Origin: an uncultured Candidatus Saccharibacteria bacterium
GTDB lineage: Bacteria; Patescibacteriota; Minisyncoccia; UBA6257; 2-01-FULL-56-20
NCBI GenBank assembly: GCA_964505005.1
Contig: CAZDFQ010000001.1
Coordinates: 114,458 to 178,457 of the forward strand
Direction of reading: 5' to 3'
DNA: 64,000 nt
Positions 51,074 to 62,200 of the stretch are shown here, in pieces; positions within the stretch are counted from its first letter, which is position 1; every line of letters starts with the position of its first letter. Below the pieces are notes generated by a model, which ran no database searches, was not told the DNA's origin, and saw nothing but the letters and a program-made list of their open reading frames with translations. Both the position numbers and the translations under genes were made by a program.

Positions 51074-51772
51074 TTAAGCAATCGAATTCGGCATTTCATT
51101 TTTTGGAATTTCGCTTTCTGTCGCCTCCGGCGCGCCAGGAAGCTCCGCTTCATCAATCGGTTCGGCCCGCCCGCCTGAGTTGCTCTCAGACAAGTCGGGC
51201 GCGGTCGCCGAAAACAAACTGGTGTTTACTTTCTTCTCGCTGCCGATTGGGAGAAGAAGCGACCGGAATTTTTCATAATCCGGCAATTCTTCTTTTTTGC
51301 TGAGACCCAGATGTTTAAAAAGCTCGAAGCTTAGCTGATAAAGATAAGCCGCGGGATTGTTAGGATCGGCGAATCTTTCGAGCAGACCGCGGAGAAGAAG
51401 GTTTCTCAAAGTAAAAGATGAATTGACTCCACGGCGATATTCTATTTCGCTTCTCGAAATAGGGCCGAGATAAGCCACTATAGAAAGTACCTCCAAACTG
51501 GCCGGCGTTAAATCCTCGCTGAGTTCTTCCTTGACAATATTTTCCAAAAATTTTCCGAAGGCTGGTTTGGTAACCAATTGAATCTTACCGCTGTCGCTGA
51601 TTAAAGCCAATCCCCGGTCTTCGGTTTGCAGCCGCTTTTCGAACTCCTCAAGAAGAGGAGAGGCTTCTTTTTGGGGTAAGTCAAGCATCTTGACGACTTT
51701 CTCCCGACTTAAGGGCTCGCCGTAAATAAAAAGAAGCGCCTCCAGTTCAGCTAATTTTTGTTCCAAATTCAT
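51074..51772 (-). CDS. scpB: Segregation/condensation protein B
   Basis: LEALLF, LEVLSIVAY.GP, RGVNS and LP motifs; the C-terminal tail contains a repeat element. Confidence 0.9.
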   Translation of the reverse strand: MNLEQKLAELEALLFIYGEPLSREKVVKMLDLPQKEASPLLEEFEKRLQTEDRGLALISDSGKIQLVTKPAFGKFLENIVKEELSEDLTPASLEVLSIVAYLGPISRSEIEYRRGVNSSFTLRNLLLRGLLERFADPNNPAAYLYQLSFELFKHLGLSKKEELPDYEKFRSLLLPIGSEKKVNTSLFSATAPDLSESNSGGRAEPIDEAELPGAPEATESEIPKNEMPNSIA

Positions 51773-51860
51773 AGTATAGATTACGCCACTCGAATATCCC
51801 GAAAACACCCGAATCACTCAAATAAGAAAAATCTTTCGAGGCATTCGAGTGGAATTTGAG

Positions 51861-52631
51861 TCATTTGAGTCGCTTAATCATTATATCAGAAAACCGGCTC
51901 TTTTGTTCTATCTGAATAAGCCGTTCGTGAGCCAAATGAAGAATCGCCAGAAAAATAGCAATCATCTCCGCTCGCTGGCCTTTTTTGGAAATCTGGCGAA
52001 AGCTCAACTCGCCTATTTCCTGAATCCGATTGATTATTTCTTTGATTTTTTCTTCAATAGAAATAATTTCTTTGGCGACTGTTTCTTCTTCATAAAAATT
52101 CTTGAAAATTTCGAAAATTTTTTGAAGCGCGTTGGTTAGGGCGGCGACTGAAAGATTCTGGCCTGGATAAAAAAACTTCGTCTTCTCGCCGGCGCCGGTC
52201 GGACTGAAACCGGCTGGAATTGCTCCGGTTGAACTCAAAAAATACGGCCGGCTGAATTCGAAATCGCCGGTTCTCCACAATCTAAAAAGGTGGTTCATCG
52301 CCGGCTTGAATTCTTTGTAGAGTTTTAGGCGGTTTTCTAAATCTCTGATTTCCGCCTGCTCCTCGTCGGTCAAAGAAATGTCGGGCAAAAGCGATTTTGA
52401 TTTTATGAAAACCAAGCGGCTGGCAATCTGAATGAAATCCGCCAATAAACGCAAATACTCCGTCTTGTTGTCGCCGGCTATTTTCTCCAGCTTCCTCAAA
52501 TAAGAAAGGAAATCGTCGGTTACCTCAGCTAAACTGATTTCCGTAATTTCGAGCCTCCTTGCTTCAATCAATTCAAGCAGTTTATCAAGCGGCCCCTGAA
52601 AATTTTCCAGTTTTAGTTCGTAGAACATCAT
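51861..52631 (-). CDS. scpA: Segregation/condensation protein A
   Basis: FQGPLDKLL.LI, KSKSLLP and FLAILHL motifs. Confidence 0.92.
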   Translation of the reverse strand: MMFYELKLENFQGPLDKLLELIEARRLEITEISLAEVTDDFLSYLRKLEKIAGDNKTEYLRLLADFIQIASRLVFIKSKSLLPDISLTDEEQAEIRDLENRLKLYKEFKPAMNHLFRLWRTGDFEFSRPYFLSSTGAIPAGFSPTGAGEKTKFFYPGQNLSVAALTNALQKIFEIFKNFYEEETVAKEIISIEEKIKEIINRIQEIGELSFRQISKKGQRAEMIAIFLAILHLAHERLIQIEQKSRFSDIMIKRLK

Positions 52632-52900
52632 CTCAGGCTTGCTGTTATACTAAATTATAACACTTGGAATTATTTGCTAAATTTAAAGTTCAAAAATCTC
52701 AGCCCGAGGCTGATCCGCCTTTGGCGGAAAAATTAAAAATGACAATCCAAAATCAGAAATTATCAATTTATTAAAATCGGATTTTGAAATTAATACATTT
52801 TGTAATTTTGAATTGTCATTTTCCCGCCAAAGGCGCCTGCCGGCCGGACGGGCAGGAATCCGTCTCGGGCTGAGATTTTTGCATTTTGTATTTTGCATTT

Positions 52901-54223
52901 TTATAAGGAGTAATAATTGTTCGCCGGGTCCCAGAACAGCCAGCCGGCAAAATCAGTGGCGGTGCCTGAAGAAGCATTAAAAACATCCTTAACGGCCTGA
53001 ACCTCCTGTTCAATCATCGCTGAATTATAAACGGCGCCCAAATCAAAGGCCTGCAACCACGGCCGTAACTTGGAATTATGAATGATGAATGATGAATTGG
53101 GGATTTGGGCTGTTGTACTTGTCGTGCTCGTTTCATTATTCATAATTCCTGATTCATAATTCTTAAGTCGTTTCAACGCCTGCTCCAATGAATATTTTAT
53201 GACTTCATAAGGATATTTGGCCGGATTTTTATAACCAAGGAACTCTGAAGCATAATGTGAAGGGTAAACCATCGGATCGACATAATCAAAATAGGGATAA
53301 GCATCTTCGATAACTTGACCAATGCCCATATCGTCCCAGTTATCGACAGTGGAGAGTCCAAAAAAGTCGGCTGAAATTTTGGCCTCGGGAAGATTTTCTC
53401 TCAGATAAGCGAAGAAATTTTTAATAATTTTACGACGAGGGATTTTCTGGTCCCAAAAGGGATAACTGATGATACTGAGGTCGCCATCGGAAACAAAACG
53501 GATGTAATCAAAATTTATTTCGTCAAACCCGCGGTTCAAAGCGTCTTTGGCAATGGCGATATTATAATCCCAGACCGGCGGGGCCGCGGCATCCAGCCAA
53601 GCCAATCCCCGCTTATCGGTCCAAACCTTGCCGGTGGTTTTATTTTTAAGCGCCCATTCCGGATGGGCCTTGGCTAAAACCGGGTCCTGAAAAACCGTGA
53701 TTCGGCCGATAACATAGATGTTTTTATCATGAAGTTTTTTAATCAGCGCATTGGGCCTTGAAAGGCGCAGCTGGTTCTCGGCGCCGCTGGCCCTGGCTTC
53801 CGGAACATCCACGGCGTAAGACACATAGCCGGAATAATCTTTTATATCAATTACCACGGCATTGAGCCCTTTTTTAGCGATTAAATCGAGCAAGTAATTC
53901 AATTTTGAATCAGAACCAGCTGACCAGCCTGTCAGATAAATGCCTTTGACGATTTCCGGAGGATTGGTCAGCCGCGGCTGATTAGGAAGGTCATTTGAAG
54001 AATTATTGGAAATTATTGCTGACAAATTTGGGATATTTCGCGAGAGCTCGGTCGAAGTAGGGGTCGAGGCTTCGGGAACATACAAATCCGGAACAGACTG
54101 CCTGATGGCGGCGTTAAGTTCCGAATCCGGATTATCCAAGATAATGATTCGCTGGGGCAAAAACAAAAATAAGCTGACGCCAGCTAAAATAACGACCACT
54201 GAGGCGACTGCTAAAACTTTCAT
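52901..54223 (-). CDS. Putative glycoside hydrolase (DUF4015-like)
   Basis: KGIY, VIDIKD..G, GFDEINFDYIRF, PMVYPSH and RPWLQAF motifs. Confidence 0.78.
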   Translation of the reverse strand: MKVLAVASVVVILAGVSLFLFLPQRIIILDNPDSELNAAIRQSVPDLYVPEASTPTSTELSRNIPNLSAIISNNSSNDLPNQPRLTNPPEIVKGIYLTGWSAGSDSKLNYLLDLIAKKGLNAVVIDIKDYSGYVSYAVDVPEARASGAENQLRLSRPNALIKKLHDKNIYVIGRITVFQDPVLAKAHPEWALKNKTTGKVWTDKRGLAWLDAAAPPVWDYNIAIAKDALNRGFDEINFDYIRFVSDGDLSIISYPFWDQKIPRRKIIKNFFAYLRENLPEAKISADFFGLSTVDNWDDMGIGQVIEDAYPYFDYVDPMVYPSHYASEFLGYKNPAKYPYEVIKYSLEQALKRLKNYESGIMNNETSTTSTTAQIPNSSFIIHNSKLRPWLQAFDLGAVYNSAMIEQEVQAVKDVFNASSGTATDFAGWLFWDPANNYYSL

Positions 54224-54248
54224 ATTACAACTAATTCTATTCCACCCC

Positions 54249-55775
54249 TTATTCCCATTCCATGGTGGCCGGCGGCTTATTGGTTATGTCGTAAACAACC
54301 CGATTTACTTCTTTAATCTCATTGGTTATTCGCGTGGAAATTTTTTCTAAAATTGAAAAAGGAATTTCAGCAAAATTAGCGGTCATAGCGTCTTGCGATT
54401 CCACTATCCGCACGACCACGGGGTATTTATAACTTCGTTCGTCGCCCTGGATGCCGACGCTTCTTATCGGCAACAAAACCGCGAAGCTCATCCAGATTTT
54501 TCCCCAAAATCCCGACTTTTTCAACTCATCTTCGATTATTTTACCCGCTTGTCTGACGATTTCTACTTTATCGGGCGTTACCTCGCCGATTATTCTTATT
54601 GCCAAGCCCGGACCCGGAAAAACCTGCCGGCTGATTATTTGTTTCGGCAGACCGATGGCGCGGGCGATTTTCCTTACTTCGTCTTTATATAAGTCTCGGA
54701 GTGGTTCATAAACCTTCAATTTCAAATTTTCGGGAAATCCGCCCACATTGTGATGCGATTTTATTCTTGATGAGTACTTGGTTAAACCGCTTTCAATCCT
54801 GTCCGAATAAATCGTCCCCTGAACAAGAAATTTCGCCTTTTCTTTCTTCGCAATTCTATAAAAAATATCCGCAAAAAGTCTTCCGATAATTTTTCTTTTT
54901 CGCTCCGGAGAAGTGATTCCTTTGAGCGCCCGGAAAAATTGTTTTTCAGCCCGGATAATTTTCAGATTTAAATTTCTTCTCCCAAATGCTCTTTTTATAA
55001 ATTCCGTCTCTCTTTCTCTCATCAAGCCGGTGTCAACATAAACCGCAGTCAAATTTTTTCCGATTGCTCGGCTAACCAAAGCCACGGCAACTGAAGAATC
55101 AACACCGCCGGAAAGACCGATTATGGCTTTATTGCCCCCTATTGTCTCCTGCGCTTCTTTTATAATGTTTCTGACAGTTATTCTCGGCGACAACGATTTT
55201 TTGCACCGGCAAACGCCGGAAACGAAATTTTTTAGGATTTTATCTCCTTTTTCCGTATGGCTTACTTCCGGATGAAACTGGACCCCGAAAATTTTTTTAT
55301 CTCTACTGGCAAAAGCTGCTATTTTTGAATGCTCGGTGCCGGCCAGCGGAGAAAACGATTGGGGAAGCGAGGCGACTATATCGCGGTGATTCATCCAAAC
55401 ATTCAGAGATTTTCCGAGACCAGCCAAAATAGCGACAGAGGTACTGATATTCAGTTTCATCAAGCCGTACTCGCCAGATTTTCCAGACACAATTCGGCCG
55501 CCCATTTTATGGACAATAAGCTGATGGCCGTAGCAAATGCCTAAGATGGGCAAACGAAGTTTTAAGATTTTTCTATCAAATTTCGGGGCATTCTTGTCGT
55601 AGACCGAGCGGGCGCCGCCGGAGAGAACAATCCCTTTTATCTCTTTATCGCTTCCTAATTGACTGGCTGGCACATTTGAAGGAAAAATTTTGGTGGTTGC
55701 TCCAAGGTCTCTGAGCCGGCGCGAAATCAGATGGCAATATTGTCCGCCGAAATCCAAAATGGCGATTTTATCCAT
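54249..55775 (-). CDS. guaA: GMP synthase (glutamine-hydrolysing)
   Basis: GICYG, QFHPE, SGGVDS, KSHHNVGG, FPGPGL and KPPATMEWE motifs. Confidence 0.96.
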   Translation of the reverse strand: MDKIAILDFGGQYCHLISRRLRDLGATTKIFPSNVPASQLGSDKEIKGIVLSGGARSVYDKNAPKFDRKILKLRLPILGICYGHQLIVHKMGGRIVSGKSGEYGLMKLNISTSVAILAGLGKSLNVWMNHRDIVASLPQSFSPLAGTEHSKIAAFASRDKKIFGVQFHPEVSHTEKGDKILKNFVSGVCRCKKSLSPRITVRNIIKEAQETIGGNKAIIGLSGGVDSSVAVALVSRAIGKNLTAVYVDTGLMRERETEFIKRAFGRRNLNLKIIRAEKQFFRALKGITSPERKRKIIGRLFADIFYRIAKKEKAKFLVQGTIYSDRIESGLTKYSSRIKSHHNVGGFPENLKLKVYEPLRDLYKDEVRKIARAIGLPKQIISRQVFPGPGLAIRIIGEVTPDKVEIVRQAGKIIEDELKKSGFWGKIWMSFAVLLPIRSVGIQGDERSYKYPVVVRIVESQDAMTANFAEIPFSILEKISTRITNEIKEVNRVVYDITNKPPATMEWE

Positions 55776-55880
55776 ATTTGCTTTTGTAGATTATAACTTG
55801 GCAGTTGCTGAAAGCAACGATTTACCGTAAAATAAATCCGTTCAGGATTTAGAACTTAGAGATTAGAGATTTTAATTGAT

Positions 55881-56984
55881 ATGGCTTTGGCGCTCTACCG
55901 CAAATATCGGCCGAAAAAACTCGACGAACTGTTAGGCCAGGAAACCAATGTCGAGATTCTCAAAAACGCTGCCAGCCAGAACCGGCTGGGTCAGGCCTAT
56001 CTTTTCTACGGTCCAAGAGGCACGGGTAAAACCACCACGGCCCGGCTGATTGCCAAACTGTTGAACTGCGAGCGCCGGCACCAAGACCCGGAATTCCAGA
56101 AACTCGGCGAACCCTGCAATGAATGCCGGAGTTGCAAAGAAATCGACTCTAATATTTCATTCGATGTCGTGGAAATCGACGCGGCTTCGAACCGCGGCAT
56201 TGACGAAATCCGGAATCTTAAAGAAAGCGTCAAAACCGCGCCGGTCGGCAGCCGATTCAAGGTCTACATCATTGACGAAGCCCATATGCTGACTGGTCCG
56301 GCTTTTAATGCGCTTTTAAAAACCCTGGAAGAGCCGCCAGCGCATGCCATTTTCGTGCTGGCGACCACGGAATACGAAAAAATGCCGGCCACGATTACTT
56401 CGCGCGCTCAGCGCTTTCTTTTTAGAAAACTTCCCAAAGCAAAGATTCTTGAAAAACTCACTGGTATCGCCAAGGCGGAAAAAATTGACATTGAACCAGC
56501 GGCCTTAGAGTTGGTGGCGGCCGCGGCTGAAGGCAGTTTCCGCGACGCCGAATCGCTGCTTGACCAAATCAGCTCGTTCCATTCCAAAATCGATTTGCCA
56601 ACCGCCGAACGACTGACTGGCCGGACTGGTTTCAAAAAAATCGAGGAACTGGCCGAACTTATCGTCAAAAACAATCTCCAGGGCTCGCTCGACTATCTTT
56701 TACAAATCAACGAAGAGGGGCACAACCTCATCCAGCTGACCAAAGACCTGATTCATTATTTAAGAAAGATTCTCTCGCTTAAACTTAATCCAAATCTGGA
56801 AAAAATTTTTGAACTGGAGCTGACCTCGGACGAAATTCTCCGTCTAAAAAAAATGACGCTTCACGCTGAGCCGGCAAAAATAATCAAACTGCTCAAGGCC
56901 TTCATCCGCGCTTATTCAGAAATGCGCTACAGTCCGTTTTTGACAATCCCCTTGGAGATTGCCTTAATAGAAAATCTGTCTTGA
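55881..56984 (+). CDS. dnaX: DNA polymerase III gamma/tau
   Basis: LYRKYRP, GPRGTGKT, EIDAAS, DEAHML and NALLKTLEEP motifs. Confidence 0.95.
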   Translation: MALALYRKYRPKKLDELLGQETNVEILKNAASQNRLGQAYLFYGPRGTGKTTTARLIAKLLNCERRHQDPEFQKLGEPCNECRSCKEIDSNISFDVVEIDAASNRGIDEIRNLKESVKTAPVGSRFKVYIIDEAHMLTGPAFNALLKTLEEPPAHAIFVLATTEYEKMPATITSRAQRFLFRKLPKAKILEKLTGIAKAEKIDIEPAALELVAAAAEGSFRDAESLLDQISSFHSKIDLPTAERLTGRTGFKKIEELAELIVKNNLQGSLDYLLQINEEGHNLIQLTKDLIHYLRKILSLKLNPNLEKIFELELTSDEILRLKKMTLHAEPAKIIKLLKAFIRAYSEMRYSPFLTIPLEIALIENLS

Positions 56985-56993
56985 ACGAAGCTA

Positions 56994-58505
56994 TTACCAC
57001 TGACTCGCCGAGTTCTGCGGCGTGGGCGCGGCCGAAATATGAAAAGAATTGCTGCTCCAAGAATCGCGGACATAGCTTTCATCTTTGGGAATCTCGTTCC
57101 AGCTAACTTCATCGGTTTTGACGCCGCCTGAATCATAAAGAATAACGGCGTTTTGGGTGTAAGCCAGGGTGTAGGATTTGGGCCATAAAACATCGGGAGT
57201 CAGCGGCAGTGTAGCGCTGGCATTGGCTGCCAAAAAGTAGTGGTTTGGCAGGATTTTCAAACCCTCCAACCGCGAAGCGGCGACCAAAATTGATTCTGAG
57301 CCGGTCGAGCTTCGTTTTTTGATGGACCAGCCAGTTAAATCAATCGCCTGGCTGCCGGCATTATAAAGTTCCACAAATTCGTCATAAGAACTAACGTTGC
57401 TGCCAGCCATTATTTCGCTTATCAGAATGCGGCTGGCTAGAATCTGGCTGCCGCTGCTGACAGCCGAAGAATTTTGCGTTCCAGTAGCCGTCGTTGAGGC
57501 GGTGTTATTATCAATTGTTGAGGCCGGAATTTCTGACTGGGGCATCGACGTTACCGACCCTGAAATTTCAAATGCCATTGTATTTTCCGCTTTGGGCGTG
57601 CCGCCGGGGTTGGCACTCGTGTGCCAGCTCAAATCCAAGAAACTTCGTTCCATTGTCTTCTTGGCAGAGTTATCGCCGGCCGGCCATTTTTTGGAAGCAT
57701 CTATTTCGTCAGCTAGTTCGCATTCCGGCGAAAAAATTTTCAGCCGGACACCGCTGTTCGCCAGGGCGCCGCTATAAATTTTATCTGCCGGAACATTCGG
57801 CGCCGAATTGTCGTCGCTTCTTTCCAAAAGAAAAAGTCCGCCGGCTTTCAAATAATCTTTTTCTTCAAAAATAATTTTTATATTTTCATCGCTTGATAAA
57901 ATATGCCAGCTGGCCAAACTCAAATCGCGGCCGGAATTATTTTTCAGTTCCAGCCATTCATCGCCGCTGTTTTCTTTACTGCCCATCCAAGCGAGCTCGC
58001 TGAACAAAATTTTGTGGCTAGGAGATTGGACAACTGAAAAATTGCAAGCGACCGATGACGATTTTTTATTTTCCGAATTTTCGGAAATAGTCGTTTCTGG
58101 AACCGAGGCGCTTGAAGAAGAACTATTTTTATTGACGCTCGATTTAGTATCAGAATTTTCTGAAAATGAATTTAGGTTATTAGATTTTCCGGCAACCGAT
58201 TTCCCAAGAGCTCTTGTTGACAAAAATTTGTTTTCTCCAACAGAAACAGAACTACTTGCTTCCCTATTTTCTCCCAAATCAATTTCCATCGCCGGTTTAT
58301 TCTCCCCGGCTGAAAATATCTCCTTGAATGTTCCGGAAACAAGTCCGGCGGTCCGCTGAAAAAAATTTTGCGAACTATCAGCCGAAGAAAATTTCCACGA
58401 AACAAAGGCGATGGAAACGATAAACAATCCTCCCAAAATAACGACCAGGGCCAAAGCCGAAACCCCGGCCCGCCGAAAATTACTTTTTTCTGCCAGTTCC
58501 GGCAT
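56994..58505 (-). CDS. Membrane-anchored protein with two lamin-tail domains
   Basis: N-terminal TM; two (F/I)SE...DE(W/F).EL.N.....(L/I).L..W motifs; TP..(E/Q)N ends. Confidence 0.78.
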   Translation of the reverse strand: MPELAEKSNFRRAGVSALALVVILGGLFIVSIAFVSWKFSSADSSQNFFQRTAGLVSGTFKEIFSAGENKPAMEIDLGENREASSSVSVGENKFLSTRALGKSVAGKSNNLNSFSENSDTKSSVNKNSSSSSASVPETTISENSENKKSSSVACNFSVVQSPSHKILFSELAWMGSKENSGDEWLELKNNSGRDLSLASWHILSSDENIKIIFEEKDYLKAGGLFLLERSDDNSAPNVPADKIYSGALANSGVRLKIFSPECELADEIDASKKWPAGDNSAKKTMERSFLDLSWHTSANPGGTPKAENTMAFEISGSVTSMPQSEIPASTIDNNTASTTATGTQNSSAVSSGSQILASRILISEIMAGSNVSSYDEFVELYNAGSQAIDLTGWSIKKRSSTGSESILVAASRLEGLKILPNHYFLAANASATLPLTPDVLWPKSYTLAYTQNAVILYDSGGVKTDEVSWNEIPKDESYVRDSWSSNSFHISAAPTPQNSASQW

Positions 58506-59241
58506 AAATTTAAGAAATTTCCCCTAAAATTAACCGCCGAAAAACTTTTATCTATTTTACAATCGGCAGCGAGGCAACACAAGAATAAGTAAATTCTTGC
58601 GATTGCCGAGCGAACCGATTGATGAAACGAAGTTTCATTCAATCGGCAGCGAGAAGAAAGCAAATGAGAATATATTTGTTTTTGACGAGCCCTGCCTGCC
58701 GGCGGACAGGGAGCCGATTGATGAAGTTAAAGTTTCATGAGATAGCCCCCGATTTTCTCAAAAACCTCGAAGTCGCCATTGCCGAGCAACTTATCTCCGG
58801 CACATCTTACCCGCTTTACTATTACTAAATCACAATTGTGATTTAATAATAGTAATTTTGCCTCTGCTTCTATTTCTGTCTAGGTCTGTTTAGGCAAAAA
58901 AGACCAACGGTGGCTTTCCTTCTTCTAAAAATCTCCTCGGTCTCAGTTTCTTCCTTATTATAAGGCAGGGCTCAGACAAATTTTGCGACAAATCAGAACA
59001 AAAAATGACTTTAAAAGGCCTTGGAGCCAGCCGAAATGGGAAATTCGTTCTTTTTTCCAATAAAAATTTCGAAGAAGTCGATAAATTTCGACTTAATTCT
59101 TGGCAGCGGAGAAAAATTTTGCCAATTATCCAGAAAAATGTTTTTCTATGACTTTTTGGGGAAAAATCCCTCTTGATTTCGCTGAGCCGGAAAGTGGTAA
59201 AATGAAAGCCGAAAGGTTTAAAGAAAATTTCTCGCCTCGCC

Positions 59242-62200
59242 ATGAAAGAAACGAAAAAAAAATTTCAATCAACCGCCGCTCAGCCGAACCACCGCTGGTT
59301 AACTGAAGCTGAAATGGGAAAAGTCAACGCCTCATTTTCGGAAAACGCCCTGAAAATGATGAAAAAGCGCTATCTTCTGACTGATGACAGCGGTCGCCAA
59401 GAAACGCCGGCAGAAATGTTTCATCGCGTGGCCCAGGCTTTAGCCCAGGTTGAAAAAAAATACGGTCATGATGATAAGTTTGTCGACAAAACTGAAAAAG
59501 AATTTTTCGAAATTCTGTCAAAAAAAGAATACACCCCAGCCGGCCGAACTTTAACCAATGTCGGCGGACCAACGCCGCTCGTCGCCAACTGCATCGTTCT
59601 GCCGATAATGGACTCGATGGAGAGTATTTTTCAGACCCTGAAGGACGCGGCTCTTCTTCAGCAGGCTGGTTCGGGACTGGGTTTTGATTTTTCCCATTTG
59701 CGGCCGGCCATGTCGCCCACCAAAAAATCGCGCGGTGTTTCTTCGGGCCCGGTTTCCTTTTTGAAAGTTTATGACGCGGCTTTCGGAACCATCAAGCAGC
59801 AGGGGCGGCACGGCGCCAATATGGCGATGATGGATGTCCGGCATCTTGATATTCTGGATTTCATCCGCGCCAAAAAAATTGAGGGCGAAATAAGAAATTT
59901 CAACATCTCAGTCAAGCTCACCGACGAGTTTATGAAAAAACTACTCGAGAGTCCGGACGAAAAATGGCTCGGCGAATGGAACGGCCAGAAAATGAAACCT
60001 CACAAAGTTCTCCGCGCGCCGAACGGCTCGGTCTTCGCTGCCGAAGAAATCGACATCACGGTCAAAGAAATTTTTGACGAAATCGTCAATTACGCCTGGT
60101 TGAACGGCGAACCGGGAATCGTTTTCATCGACGAAGTCAATCGCACCAACCCTCTGCCCGGTCTCGGCCCCATCGACTGCTCCAATCCTTGTGTAATTGG
60201 CGAAACATTGGTGGCGACAGAAAGAGGATTCATCAAGATGGAGGAACTTGCAGAAAGTTATGTTTCAGGCGGAATTAAAATTTCAGTTGATAACCGCCTG
60301 CCGAAAGCAGTGAAAATTTCCTCGTTAAACAGGATCTCAATCAGTCAAGGAGGAACAATTCGCGAAACAATGCCGCTGATTGATTTCTCTCGATTAGGAA
60401 GCGCATCTGGAGAAATGCTCCGCGCTTTTCCAACCGGCATTAAACCAGTATATAAACTAACCACCAAATCCGGTTATGAACTGGAGGCCACTGCTGACCA
60501 TAAAATATTTACGCCCCGGGGGAAAGTGCCACTTCTCGAATTGAGAGCTGGCGATAAAGTTCTCATCCAATCAAATGAAGGGCTATGGAACAATGATTTT
60601 CAACTGCCTTTCGATTATCCGAATGTAATTGAAGGCAAAAACAGACATATTTACCACTACAATTTCCCGAAAACTTGGAGCAAAGAGTTGGGCCGAGTTC
60701 TCGGCTGGCTTATTGGCGACGGCTGGCTCAGAGACAAAAAGCGCGAATACGCGGTTGGTTTTACATTTTCCGAAGACGATAAGGAGGTGATGAGCGAATT
60801 TAGAGATATTTTGAACGATTGGTATAAAAACAGCGAGCGAAAAGAGATTAAAAGGAAAAATGACGTCTATCATCTGATATATGGTTCAAAGGACTTTGTG
60901 GAGTTTTTCAAAAAACTTGGCGTTAAACCAGTTTTGGCAGCAGAAAAAGAAGTGCCCGCCTCTTTGTGGCGAGCGCCGGCCGAGGCGGTCAGCGGATTTC
61001 TGCAAGGCATTTTCAGTGCCGATGGCACAATCAACATCTATGAAAAAAATCAGACGCGCTACATCCGCTTAACGTCAAAATCAGAGAAATTACTCAAACA
61101 AATTCAAATTCTTCTTATCAACTTCGGCATTCGCTCAACGATTTATAACAGAACAAGAAAACCGCGGCTGGCTTTCGGTTATAAAAACGACGGTATTTTA
61201 TATGAGCTGGAAATTTCCCGCGATAACATACCTATTTTTCTGAGTAAAATCGGTTTCCTTGGAACGCATTACAAAGTTAAAGCCAAAACGCTTAAAGAAA
61301 AATCGTATTACCGAGAATATTTTGAAGACAAAATAGAAAAAATTAAATATATCGGTAAAAAGAGGGTTTACGATTTGACTGAAGCAACCACGCATTCATT
61401 TATCGCTAACGGCATCATCATCTCAAATTGCGGCGAACAATTTTTGCATCACTACGACAACTGCAACCTTGGCTCCATCAATTTAGCGGCTTTCGTTAAA
61501 GACGGTCGCGTGGACTGGGGCCAGCTGCGCCGCGTAACGAGAATCGCCGCACGGCTGATGGACAACGTTATTGACATTTTTGATTTTCCGATTCAGCAGG
61601 TCACTGACCTCGCGAGAAAAAACCGGCGCATCGGCCTCGGCATTATGGGTTTTGCCGATATGCTTTATCAGCTGGGTATTGCCTACAACTCCCCGGAAGG
61701 GCAGAAGTTGGCCGAAAAAACAATGAGAACCATTACGGAAACAGCCCACCAGATGTCCCAGGAACTCGCCAAAGAAAAAGGCGCTTTCCCGAATTTACCT
61801 TTGAGCGTTTTTGCCAAGAAAAAAATTAAAATGCGCAATGCGGCCCTGACCACCGTGGCGCCAACCGGTTCAATCTCGATGATGCTTGATTGTTCCTCGG
61901 GCGTGGAGCCGAATTTCGCCCTCTCTTATGTCAAGCAGGACAAAGACGGCCACCAGTATCACTATTTCAACCGCTATTTCGAACAAGCGCTCAAAAAATA
62001 CCAATTCAGCGAAGCTAAAATAAAAGAAATCAAAGATGAAATAATCAAGACCGGCAGCATCCAACGCCTGACCGACCTAGCCGAAGAACTGCGGCGAACC
62101 TTCGTGGTGGCTATGGATATTTCGGCCGAAGACCACATCAAGATGCAGGCCAGTTTCCAGCGTTATGTGGACAATTCCATTTCCAAAACCATCAACTTTC

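Noticed and set aside
52683-53013. Short ORFs in repeat regions (52683-52898, 52816-53013, 50950-51303, 58619-58828, 31592-31786)
   Set aside because: They are translations of the repeat elements rather than credible genes
58860-59241. Cobalamin riboswitch upstream of nrdJ
   Set aside because: Only a short gagccag resemblance; the conserved B12-box and core elements are not recognisable
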